A stretch of DNA of 64,000 nucleotides from a virus: UHGV virus genome UHGV-0367612. The stretch is one strand, 5' to 3'. Both the position numbers and the translations under genes were made by a program. Shown here piece after piece: positions 16,993 through 26,087 of the stretch (its first letter is position 1; each line of letters starts with the position of its first letter). The notes beneath the pieces are model-generated. The model was not told the DNA's origin. It saw only the letters and a list, made by a program, of their open reading frames with translations, and made no database searches.

Positions 16993-19392
16993 CTATAATT
17001 CTTCATTTATGGTTTTGTTAACCATTGATTGAACATCTGCCCTGATAGCTCTTCTGATTGTATCTGCCCCAATGGTTAAGCTTAAATTGATAACTGGGTT
17101 CTGATTATCTTTACCTAGGGAGGATACCTCATTAGGGGATACATCTGTACCCATCTTCTTAGATACTTCATTCAACCCATACAAGTTTTTAACTGCACTT
17201 CCAGTCATGGCGGCTTTCATTGCTTCTGCCTCGTATGACCTCATTGTATCTTGGTTGTTCCTTAACCATTGTTGAGCTACCCTTAAATTATTGTTATCTC
17301 TAACTACATCTTCTGCATTCTTAGCAGTGGCCTGTCTTAGTAACTCGGTTTGCTTCTTATCTTCTGCATTCTTATCTGAAAAGAAGCTCCATAAAGACAT
17401 ACCTATTGAAGCTACCAAGGTTATAATCATACCAACTGGTCCAGTTAAGAAACCAAGTACTCTACCCAATATCCCACCTATCCTAGTTATCCAAGGTAAG
17501 GCTTTACTAAACCAACCTCCAATTTTACCAAGCCATGGTAGCCATGTTAATATCCTTGCCCATACTCCGGTTTTAGTAGCAGTCTTTGCAGCTTGTGCTG
17601 CTTTCTCTGCCTTAGTTGTACCTGGAGAAGATCCGAACCAAGATACTCCCCAACCTTTGGCTATCTCTTTCTCAGTAGCTGGTCTATAATACTCCGGTGT
17701 GTATTGTTTTCTAAATGACCTTGCAGCATCACGAGTATCAAATACCTTATTTCCCATTTGTGGGTTATAAATAACCCATTGACCATTTATCTTCTGAGGA
17801 GCAGACCATGGGTTTTTACCTTTCATTGATTTGACATACCCAGCCCAACCATCTGGTACTGTCTTCTTACCCATATTGTTTGTGAATACCATTGGTCCCA
17901 TACCACCTGCTCCCATTGCCATTGATCCAGCTACTCCTTGAGCTTGATAAGCTCTGGTTGTACCCATTACTGCAGCAGTCAACCCATTCTGAGCAGCTGT
18001 AGCTGAGTATATAGTTTGGGTTAAAGCAGACATTATGGAATTCTGTTTTGTACCACCAGCTATGGCCTCTCCAGAAGCTACTGCAGATTTGGCTTTCAGT
18101 ACATCAAAAGCCATACCAGCTAATCTAACTGCCATTCTGGCTAACCTCCACCCTGTGACAACTAGGAACGTTGGGCCAACAATAGATTTTACTATGGGTA
18201 TACTCATGAGGTGTACTAACCCCCTTAACAACCCATTTATACCAGATAAGAAAAACTTTAATGGTGGTGTTATAGAATCAGTGAATACAATACCCAAGTG
18301 TTTCACAACAGTTATGAATTGAAGGATATGACCATATAATGATTCCATCCTCATATCCATAATCTCTTGTGATTTACCAGCAGAGTTATTCAACTGGTCT
18401 ATGAATCCTTTTAACTGGTCTCCATCCCTTACTAACAATGTAGCAGCTCTCTTACCTCTTACTCCAAATAAGTTATCTAGGATATTCTGTCCAGCGATTG
18501 TACCAGTTCCTACCTTCTGCATGGCAGTTTGTAACTTCTCAAATATTACAGGTAATGATAGTAACCTACCTTGCCTATCCATGAAGTCCTCAGTTTGTAA
18601 ACCGAGTTGTTGTAATGCTTTTACTTGTCTACCAGTTGCCTGTGGTCCTAGAGCCCTTGCAAAATACCTCATTGCATTCTCCATTGCAACACCAGCCATA
18701 GAACCCTGTATACCAGCATTAGACAGTAACATAAGTCCAGCTGTTAACTCTTGTAAAGGTATATTCAAAGAATTGGCAGTTGAACCGGCATATTTAATAC
18801 CTTGTGCTAAGTCTACCAGGTTGGTATTCGCTTTAACTGTAGCTACTGTCAATACATCTGCCACTGAAGTTGCGTGTTCTACTCCCAACTGAAAAGTCTT
18901 CATTATATTGGTCATAATATCCGCAGTACCTAACTTCCCTTGTAAGGCAGAATCAGTTGCACCAGCTAAGTTTACGGCTGCAGGTATAGACCCCATAATC
19001 TCAGCATACTTCATACCAGCCATACCCATGTACTTCATAGCATCTGCTACCTGATCAGAGTGGAATATAGTATTCTGACCTAAGTCCATGGCCAATCTAT
19101 CCATCTTCTGTAACTCGGCATTGGTTGACTCAGTAACAGCTTGTACTGATACAAGGGTATATTTATATCTTGCTCCAGCCTCTATCACCCTACTTAATCC
19201 ATACCAAGCAGAGCCCATAGCTACAGAAGTAAATCCCAACCCTCTATAGAATTGAGATTGAGCTGATGCTAAAGCAGCTAAGTTTTGTTTTAGGTATTGA
19301 GACTGTTGGTTAATACGTGAAGCGGGGCCTGAAAATTGGTCCCGCAACGCAACCGCAAGTCCTACTCCTAAGAGTGTTCCATTTGCAGCCAT
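16993..19392 (-). CDS. tail tape measure protein
   Basis: 799 aa, Ala/Gly/Gln-rich with long predicted helices and hydrophobic segments (FLVVTGWRLARMAVRLAGMAF, MIITLVASIGMSLWSFF). Sits after the tube and chaperone genes. Confidence 0.7.
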   Translation of the reverse strand: MAANGTLLGVGLAVALRDQFSGPASRINQQSQYLKQNLAALASAQSQFYRGLGFTSVAMGSAWYGLSRVIEAGARYKYTLVSVQAVTESTNAELQKMDRLAMDLGQNTIFHSDQVADAMKYMGMAGMKYAEIMGSIPAAVNLAGATDSALQGKLGTADIMTNIMKTFQLGVEHATSVADVLTVATVKANTNLVDLAQGIKYAGSTANSLNIPLQELTAGLMLLSNAGIQGSMAGVAMENAMRYFARALGPQATGRQVKALQQLGLQTEDFMDRQGRLLSLPVIFEKLQTAMQKVGTGTIAGQNILDNLFGVRGKRAATLLVRDGDQLKGFIDQLNNSAGKSQEIMDMRMESLYGHILQFITVVKHLGIVFTDSITPPLKFFLSGINGLLRGLVHLMSIPIVKSIVGPTFLVVTGWRLARMAVRLAGMAFDVLKAKSAVASGEAIAGGTKQNSIMSALTQTIYSATAAQNGLTAAVMGTTRAYQAQGVAGSMAMGAGGMGPMVFTNNMGKKTVPDGWAGYVKSMKGKNPWSAPQKINGQWVIYNPQMGNKVFDTRDAARSFRKQYTPEYYRPATEKEIAKGWGVSWFGSSPGTTKAEKAAQAAKTATKTGVWARILTWLPWLGKIGGWFSKALPWITRIGGILGRVLGFLTGPVGMIITLVASIGMSLWSFFSDKNAEDKKQTELLRQATAKNAEDVVRDNNNLRVAQQWLRNNQDTMRSYEAEAMKAAMTGSAVKNLYGLNEVSKKMGTDVSPNEVSSLGKDNQNPVINLSLTIGADTIRRAIRADVQSMVNKTINEEL

Positions 19393-19565
19393 AATCTATT
19401 TCTTCTTTAATTGTTTTTCGATCTCCTTATTCTTAGCTTCCATTTCGTCAATGGCCTTATTCAATTTCTTTACCAAGCTTACCCTACGTTTTGAGGGCAT
19501 CTTTAAAAAATCTTCAAAGGATCCTATATTAACATGGTTGACTGATAGGAATAGAAAGTCATTCT

Positions 19566-20342
19566 CTATGTCAACCGTGGAGATAAAAAATCCTCAACCT
19601 GAAGAAGTGGTATATCCAGCTCTTCCTCTGGGTTATAAGGGTTAATTATGTGTGATGTCATTGATTGATTCCCATCGTCGAAATCAGCCATTACTTTTCT
19701 CAAGAAAGCCATGTCTTTAGGGGAGAAATTCTTGAATGAATTTACATTGACCCAATTCTCTTTCTCACCTTCACTAATGAACTTCTGAGCTAACTCTCTA
19801 CCTTTTAAGATTGAGTTTGAGTTGATATCATCCCCGAGCTGAATAAGATATTGTTCTAAACGACCATCAGGGAATCTCATTCTAAATTCCTTACCTTGCA
19901 TCTGGAAGTAGATGTAATGGTAGTCATGGAAATCTCCAGTTGCCGGAAATGGTTTGAATAGGTTTGGGTTATATCCCTCTTCTTCTGTTGTAGGGAAAGG
20001 TTTTGAGTAATCAAAAAGATAGGTATTCAAATCCTCTTCATAGGGAATTTGTTCTCCATCCTTATCCCATTTATATTCAAACTTTAATTCTGATCCAAGT
20101 GAGAATACTCGAGATTGTAACAGAGCATAGTATTTATCCGAAATCCTCATGTCTATTATGTCCTGAAGTTTCGGTTTTCCTTTGTCAAACAAATCAGTGA
20201 TGATATTACAAAGGAATGCGTTTATGTGGTTACCTTCTTTTGTTAACCGAACACTGGAAAGAAGTTCTTCATCCTCTCCATTTTGCATTCGAATTGTACA
20301 AGGTAATCCACTCGGTAATAAAAATCTTAATGTGTTTTCCAT
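19566..20342 (-). CDS. tail assembly chaperone candidate (gpG-like position)
   Basis: 258 aa between the tail tube and the tape measure. A 57-codon overlapping reading frame continues in the -1 frame across its stop, through 19393-19565, up to the tape measure start. Confidence 0.35.
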   Translation of the reverse strand: MENTLRFLLPSGLPCTIRMQNGEDEELLSSVRLTKEGNHINAFLCNIITDLFDKGKPKLQDIIDMRISDKYYALLQSRVFSLGSELKFEYKWDKDGEQIPYEEDLNTYLFDYSKPFPTTEEEGYNPNLFKPFPATGDFHDYHYIYFQMQGKEFRMRFPDGRLEQYLIQLGDDINSNSILKGRELAQKFISEGEKENWVNVNSFKNFSPKDMAFLRKVMADFDDGNQSMTSHIINPYNPEEELDIPLLQVEDFLSPRLT

Positions 20343-20418
20343 ATCTCTTTAGTTTATATTGGGTAATAGTATTTAAACAAGTAAACCCAGACCTAAGCCT
20401 GGGTTAATACTTAATGTA

Positions 20419-20898
20419 TTAAATGATACCACCCGTTCCAGATGGGCTTGAGTAGTAGTCTACTGCAAACTCAATGGTTTCTATCACGTTGTCAGAACTC
20501 ATACGGTCAAGTTCTAATCCGTTTATTTTACATGGCCAGATACCATCTACTGTGTGTTTCTCAGTAGTGATACCTAGCTCATCTACCAATTCAATAGTGG
20601 CACTGTCCTTTGCAGTATCTATCGGTAACCCAACTCCAAGCATAGCGTTTTGGATTGAATGAATCCAAACTCTCAATGCGTTATCATTCGCGTTATTCGG
20701 TTTCAACTTCTCGCAAACAAGATTTGAGAAGTGAACCATACCAGGTGTCTTCACCGGAGAGTTAATCTCACCATGCTCAACTACATCAAGCTCGATATCT
20801 GGAAGAGTCACTCTCTGGAACTCAAATTCATTTCCTTTTAAGGAAGCGAAAGAAATCCTCCATTGGAATTTCTTTCTAGGGTTTGAAAAATTTGCCAT
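20419..20898 (-). CDS. tail tube protein
   Basis: 159 aa immediately downstream of the sheath gene, the standard myovirus order. Confidence 0.5.
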   Translation of the reverse strand: MANFSNPRKKFQWRISFASLKGNEFEFQRVTLPDIELDVVEHGEINSPVKTPGMVHFSNLVCEKLKPNNANDNALRVWIHSIQNAMLGVGLPIDTAKDSATIELVDELGITTEKHTVDGIWPCKINGLELDRMSSDNVIETIEFAVDYYSSPSGTGGII

Positions 20899-20904
20899 GT
20901 TGTT

Positions 20905-22527
20905 TTATGCTATTTCGATTCCTACTTCACCATCGCCTTGTACAAGCATGATGTTCAATGTTACTTCAATCATTGGTACAATCAACCAAAGTTTCAGATA
21001 AGCTTTGTACTTACCCATTTGTACATCGTTCTTCTGGTTAACAACCAAAGTATCCAGAGAACTTGCATCCTGATCTCCCAAGTATTCATACTTCCAAAGA
21101 GCTCTGGAAGAAGTTCTTGCCAAGTTATCAAGGAACGGTCTGATTTGATTCCACATGTTTTTGAATGTCACAGTATCACAAGGTTCTTTCAGATAAGAAC
21201 GGTATACCGGCAACATGGTATTCTTGATGTAGAATACCAAGAACATGGATGATACAAATGAGAGAGCTGAGTTTGTCTTCTGAGAAGTATAAGATGATGT
21301 CCACTCAATTGCACCATCACGGTAAACCATTGCATTGATTCCATGATTTGCAAGAGTATTCAACTCTGAGATCCTAGCTGGAGTACCAAAGTTTTGTACT
21401 ACTCCAAGTGCATTCAATACAGTTGCACTTTGTTTTGATGCGGGATCAAACCAAGCTCCTCTGTTGTTGTGAGTCCATACTGTCAAACCAATGGTATCGG
21501 CTATTTCGTCCAACTCAATCTCAGTATCGGTTGCGGTATCATAATGACGAATACCGCCGGTGGAGATTTGAGCATACTCGGTATCTCCAATTGCTTCATC
21601 TTTCTCAGTACAAGCTTCTTCTGCTTTACCAGGTACTGCCAATACAGAACCATAGTATACCATATCCTGTCTCAACGTTGCGTAGGCAACACCGGCAGTA
21701 TGGATGGCATCAATTCTTGCCCCAGGTACTGCAACAATCATTGAATCTGATACAGTGTCAAAAGCATGGAATCCATTGTCTGTACCATCTCCAATAAAGT
21801 CAGCATCAACTACTGCCGCACCATCTGACCCACCAGTAAATGCAGTGGTTGCCGGTACAATAGCAATTGTTGCCTCTGCAGGTACTGTAGGTTCTGTTTC
21901 AGCTTTTGTGAATGTGGCGATTGATGATAACTTGTTAAGGTTATTCAAAAAGGTTTGTTTTGCCCATTCAATATTCGGATCAGGAAGTGGTACTGCAGAA
22001 TAACTCTCACTCAAGTCTGGGTTGTTAGGCCAAACCAATTTCAAGTCAAAAGCTTTCGGGTTACCGTTCGTTGAAGCAGATACCACTACCTGAATACCAT
22101 TGTAATCTGCTCCGGCATATTTGGGTTGTACCTTGAAAATTTCTGTGGGTGTTGCTGAACCACCTTTTGGGGTGATATTCATCTTCACTGAAATGGCAGT
22201 GGCTTTCTTTGCCTCAACTTCTTCTGCCGTTTCACTCTGTCCGGCTCTATGAGTTATACGGTTAATTCTCAACCGAGCTCCATAAGCCAACATTCTCTGT
22301 ACGTAGATATGGAACTTATCCAATCCTTTCGCATCTGCAGCGAACATGCTTTTTGGAGCGGCACCACCATAGAGAGCCTCAAATTGATTCATTGTGGAAA
22401 TTAAGATTGAGGGATCATTGATAGGCCCTCTTCTCGTAACTCCACTTACACAAACTATCCCAGTGGCTGGTGTCGATGCCTGTTGGGTAAAGTCCTGTAC
22501 GTTTACATTAACTACTGGAGTATTCAT
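20905..22527 (-). CDS. contractile tail sheath protein
   Basis: 540 aa directly upstream of the tube gene. Size and position are typical of a sheath. Confidence 0.6.
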   Translation of the reverse strand: MNTPVVNVNVQDFTQQASTPATGIVCVSGVTRRGPINDPSILISTMNQFEALYGGAAPKSMFAADAKGLDKFHIYVQRMLAYGARLRINRITHRAGQSETAEEVEAKKATAISVKMNITPKGGSATPTEIFKVQPKYAGADYNGIQVVVSASTNGNPKAFDLKLVWPNNPDLSESYSAVPLPDPNIEWAKQTFLNNLNKLSSIATFTKAETEPTVPAEATIAIVPATTAFTGGSDGAAVVDADFIGDGTDNGFHAFDTVSDSMIVAVPGARIDAIHTAGVAYATLRQDMVYYGSVLAVPGKAEEACTEKDEAIGDTEYAQISTGGIRHYDTATDTEIELDEIADTIGLTVWTHNNRGAWFDPASKQSATVLNALGVVQNFGTPARISELNTLANHGINAMVYRDGAIEWTSSYTSQKTNSALSFVSSMFLVFYIKNTMLPVYRSYLKEPCDTVTFKNMWNQIRPFLDNLARTSSRALWKYEYLGDQDASSLDTLVVNQKNDVQMGKYKAYLKLWLIVPMIEVTLNIMLVQGDGEVGIEIA

Positions 22528-22573
22528 CTTTAACTTTTTAAGGGTTTATGATATTTAATTTTAGTATTGTCAT

Positions 22574-23290
22574 TTACTTCACTTGGAAGTATAGATTTGA
22601 TTCGTTTATTTGTACCAAGTCCATGAAAAGGTTAACCTCCAAAAGTGGTGATATCTTATCAGGATAAGTCTTAACTATAACTACATCCCAAGCATCTGGT
22701 ATGTTATACCGGTATACATCTTCTTGGCAGTTGTTCTCTGGACTAGGGTACATGTTAGAGGTTAATAATTCACAGAAAAAGGTTGGTAACTCTTCAGGTA
22801 ACTCTATACCATCATATACCATTTTTGTTATCTTATGGAATCCCCTTCTTGGTATTGCCTTAGCTAATATAGCATTCAATACCCTGCCTTGGTCTATACT
22901 GTTGTAGACAAGGTGGATGTTCATCACATAATTAACTGGTTGCGGTGGTAGTTCATGTCTTCTGAAATTACCATCTGTGTCCAATGTATATTGGGTTCTA
23001 CCCCATTGTCCGAATTCACCAGGAATACATTGTACTGTCCTTACTACCATCCTGGCAAATTTCTTCTCTCCCATTTCAACTGGGCTAAGGTTACTCAACA
23101 CATCAATACAAAAACCCTTATCACTAACCACCCTCTCCTGAGCTTTGACATAATCTGCATACCCTTGTTTAGTTCTTGGATACTTTGTGATATCAGGCAT
23201 GTAGCCATAATTCACTGCTTCTAGTCTTAAGTTCTCAACTAAAGTTCTCTCTATTAATGTTTGAGTAATTGATAAACTAGTTTCAGCCAT
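22574..23290 (-). CDS. hypothetical virion protein (tail-completion / sheath-stabiliser position)
   Basis: 238 aa, upstream of the sheath in the late operon. Confidence 0.3.
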   Translation of the reverse strand: MAETSLSITQTLIERTLVENLRLEAVNYGYMPDITKYPRTKQGYADYVKAQERVVSDKGFCIDVLSNLSPVEMGEKKFARMVVRTVQCIPGEFGQWGRTQYTLDTDGNFRRHELPPQPVNYVMNIHLVYNSIDQGRVLNAILAKAIPRRGFHKITKMVYDGIELPEELPTFFCELLTSNMYPSPENNCQEDVYRYNIPDAWDVVIVKTYPDKISPLLEVNLFMDLVQINESNLYFQVK

Positions 23291-23295
23291 TGGGA

Positions 23296-23895
23296 TTATA
23301 ATTTTTTAAATGCTCGAACTCTCTGAGCAATAGATCTATTCAAATATTGGGATAACCCTCTATTACCACCGAGTTTCTCGTATGTTCTACTAAAGAATGG
23401 TCTGGCTGGAGTTCTCCCAGTTCCACCTTCCAAGAACCTCGCATATTCATCTACAGTTACCTGGTTAGCATACACTTCAGAAATCATGGCATTAGGAGGA
23501 ATTATATCACGAGGAGTATTCTTTAAAATACCAACCTGTACTAACCCATACCTACCACCCTGAATCTTTCTGATAGAGTTTAGTAAATTACCCATCATGT
23601 AACCGGCATGATCTGCTCTTTGATCACTCACATAGGTTTTTTTCTTGGCAGCATACAATGGAGAGTTTTCATCTATACCTATCTCAGCTCCCCCAGTTCT
23701 AATATACCTTTTAAGTTGGTGATAATATTTATCTGCGAATGAGGATTGACCTTCTCTAACAGCATTAGAAATCTCAGGACCCATGTTCATAAAACGATCA
23801 AGGGTATTGAGATCTCCCAATACCCTAATCTCTAAACTTCCAAAGCCTAGATTCCTATTCGATATTTTCCTATAATTAGGATCTTCACGTGCCAT
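23296..23895 (-). CDS. hypothetical virion protein (tail terminator/neck position)
   Basis: 199 aa in the late operon. Confidence 0.3.
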   Translation of the reverse strand: MAREDPNYRKISNRNLGFGSLEIRVLGDLNTLDRFMNMGPEISNAVREGQSSFADKYYHQLKRYIRTGGAEIGIDENSPLYAAKKKTYVSDQRADHAGYMMGNLLNSIRKIQGGRYGLVQVGILKNTPRDIIPPNAMISEVYANQVTVDEYARFLEGGTGRTPARPFFSRTYEKLGGNRGLSQYLNRSIAQRVRAFKKL

Positions 23896-24452
23896 TATAT
23901 TTCAGTGTTTTCTTTCTCAGCTCTTTTTAAGATTAACCGATAAAGAAGTGGGTTGTCCCCTGCCTGAGCAACTGGTTTATCTCCAGAAGGCCTGTACTTA
24001 ATACCATCAAGGTAAAAGTAATCCCTTACAGAGTCCATATCCATCGCAAGGTCTTCTTCTGTTTCCCCACGAGTATATCCCAATTCTTTAAGGTATTTAA
24101 GGTTTATATACACTACCACATGTTCTTCATCAAAAGTACCAGTGGTAGTCTCGGTATTTAGAGGCCAATTCTTTATGGTATCATACATCACGAGAACTTT
24201 TATTTCTCGTTGTTCCCATTTAGAATTTTTATCTGTATTCTCACCAAACTGGTTCATTGAGAAAAGGTAATGATACCAAGTCAACTTATTCCTGAAAGCA
24301 TCATGTCGGAATTTGTTGATGATATTCTTATACCTATTCCAATTCTTAATACCTACGTAAGCCATGGAACCTCCTCCTGTTTCCAGTGAATTTTTGTACT
24401 CGTGGGCCAGATACTTTGAATCTGTTGTTATATAGGCTTCTATCATCATCAC
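23895..24452 (-). CDS. hypothetical virion protein (neck/head-completion position)
   Basis: 185 aa. The true start is probably the internal Met (MAYVGIKNW), because the annotated start overlaps the upstream gene by 107 nt. Confidence 0.3.
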   Translation of the reverse strand: MMMIEAYITTDSKYLAHEYKNSLETGGGSMAYVGIKNWNRYKNIINKFRHDAFRNKLTWYHYLFSMNQFGENTDKNSKWEQREIKVLVMYDTIKNWPLNTETTTGTFDEEHVVVYINLKYLKELGYTRGETEEDLAMDMDSVRDYFYLDGIKYRPSGDKPVAQAGDNPLLYRLILKRAEKENTEI

Positions 24453-24915
24453 AGTAAGGTACTTTAATACCTATCCTACTTGCCATAGAACATATTCCCT
24501 TAAACAACATATCCATCACAGAACCATTTTGCCCATTTGAAGATAATAAATCTTTCAATGCTGTAGAGGTAGAATAGAACTCTACCTTAGTTGGGCCAGT
24601 CTCAATACTTTTAATATTTCCCCCATCAGGTTCTGAGTCTGGGTCTACCTCTGTTTCTCTGTTTGTATTACTACTTCCCCCTATGAAAGCTATGAATGAT
24701 CCCATAGCTGCCATCTGAAAAGCATCATATACTACTAACTTCGCGATTAATGAGTTACACATATCCTCGAAGTTTTCGCAACGTAACTCCTCTGGAATTG
24801 ATTTGAAGCCTGGCTCCATAAACAATTCCCAATATTTCTTTTTACCTTGTACCCATTTAGAATCAAGGGATAGGTTACCAGGAACCTCAAGGTCTATGTA
24901 TTCATTAATTGTCAT
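24346..24915 (-). CDS. hypothetical virion protein
   Basis: 189 aa in the late operon. Confidence 0.3.
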   Translation of the reverse strand: MTINEYIDLEVPGNLSLDSKWVQGKKKYWELFMEPGFKSIPEELRCENFEDMCNSLIAKLVVYDAFQMAAMGSFIAFIGGSSNTNRETEVDPDSEPDGGNIKSIETGPTKVEFYSTSTALKDLLSSNGQNGSVMDMLFKGICSMASRIGIKVPYCDDDRSLYNNRFKVSGPRVQKFTGNRRRFHGLRRY

Positions 24916-25322
24916 AAGTCTATCTCAATCCAAACTTGTTCTTTTCTTTCGATGGCCTCATTGATTCTCTTGTTCAACTCATCTGAGTATTTCCTTGAGT
25001 TAATCAATTGGCCTTTTTTCTTGTTCTCTCCCACCAAGATACATCCTAAAGTATCCTTAGGAGTATTACCAGGGTGTATCATGATACCGGTGAATTGTGG
25101 TACATTCTCTAAGTAAGGCATTACCCTTTTAAACTTAGAAGACATAGACATCACCACCTTATATTTACCAGCTGGGATAGCTGTTTCTCCATAGACCTTC
25201 TTCTCACTGTTCAGGTCTCTTACCTTATCCTCTAACGTATCAGAGAATTTCTCACCATCTACCATCAGAACTCCAATAGTATAGGTATCTTTTTTGTATA
25301 GCCTTTTAACTTCTAGCAACAT
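24912..25322 (-). CDS. hypothetical protein
   Basis: 136 aa in the late operon. Confidence 0.3.
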   Translation of the reverse strand: MLLEVKRLYKKDTYTIGVLMVDGEKFSDTLEDKVRDLNSEKKVYGETAIPAGKYKVVMSMSSKFKRVMPYLENVPQFTGIMIHPGNTPKDTLGCILVGENKKKGQLINSRKYSDELNKRINEAIERKEQVWIEIDL

Positions 25323-26061
25323 TTTTGTATATATTATCTATGAACTCTGATCTTAATTGCTTGTAGAATATCTCTACGTTATTTTTAGCAACACGAGCAT
25401 TATACCCGTCTTCGCAATATATTTGTTTTAACATTACTTCTTTCAATCTCTCTTTCCAGTTCTCTGGGATAAAGAAGCTTAATGGAGAGCCCTTGAATTT
25501 AAAACTCAAGGCTCTCTCTCGATCGTAAGCGACTATATTTGATGACAAAAGCTCAACTTTCTTTTCTATAGCTTCTCTGTTATCTATATGATTATCCCTT
25601 ATAATTTGCTCCAAATAATTCACAACCCTTAATTGGCTTTTAGCAAAAAACATATCAGATAGATCATCTACTTGCTTTGAAGAAATCTCATCTGATACCC
25701 CCTCTACTAAAGTTCTCAGTAACTGGGTGTGACCTTGTAAAAGGTTTCCTTGATCAATTAAAGTATTTCTCAACTCAGTTAACTGACCAATGTATTCCTT
25801 GTTAAAGGCATCTGATTTCCTGTTGTCCCTTATCATGTTAAGGAACATCACTATAAATCCTATAAACAGGATTGCCATGGCAACTACCATGGCTGATTGT
25901 TCGTTTATTAACTTTGACATATTACCAACAGCATCTACTGTCTGTTGTAATCCTTCTTGTGGTGACAGTTGTAAAATCATTTTAGTTTGGTTATTAAAAG
26001 ATTGGGAGGAGTATAAAAACCAGGCTAAAACTCCTCCCAAGTGGTGTGTGAAAGAACTCAA
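25306..26061 (-). CDS. membrane-anchored hypothetical protein (1 TM)
   Basis: 251 aa with a TM segment MVVAMAILFIGFIVMFLNMI. Downstream of the fiber genes. Confidence 0.3.
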   Translation of the reverse strand: MSSFTHHLGGVLAWFLYSSQSFNNQTKMILQLSPQEGLQQTVDAVGNMSKLINEQSAMVVAMAILFIGFIVMFLNMIRDNRKSDAFNKEYIGQLTELRNTLIDQGNLLQGHTQLLRTLVEGVSDEISSKQVDDLSDMFFAKSQLRVVNYLEQIIRDNHIDNREAIEKKVELLSSNIVAYDRERALSFKFKGSPLSFFIPENWKERLKEVMLKQIYCEDGYNARVAKNNVEIFYKQLRSEFIDNIYKNVARS

Positions 26062-26087
26062 TTATAATTTTTAAAGTCTCGTATCAG

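Noticed and set aside
17291-18892. Plus-strand ORFs of 95-163 aa inside the tape-measure gene, and similar antisense ORFs inside the sheath (21408-22003), giant fiber (30807-31313) and other late genes
   Set aside because: These are shadow ORFs antisense to long, well-supported minus-strand genes. Their Cys/Pro/Ser-rich compositions are typical of reverse-complement translation artefacts.
19451-19645. 64-aa plus-strand ORF in the tube–tape measure interval
   Set aside because: It is antisense to the minus-strand late operon and to the -1 frame extension discussed in the findings. It has no promoter or RBS context.
23895-24915. 107-nt overlap between ORFs 24346-24915 and 23895-24452, as a possible frameshifted single gene
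   Set aside because: An internal Met (MAYVGIKNW) gives a conventional short overlap. There is no slippery sequence or conserved extension visible, so this is insufficient evidence for a frameshift.
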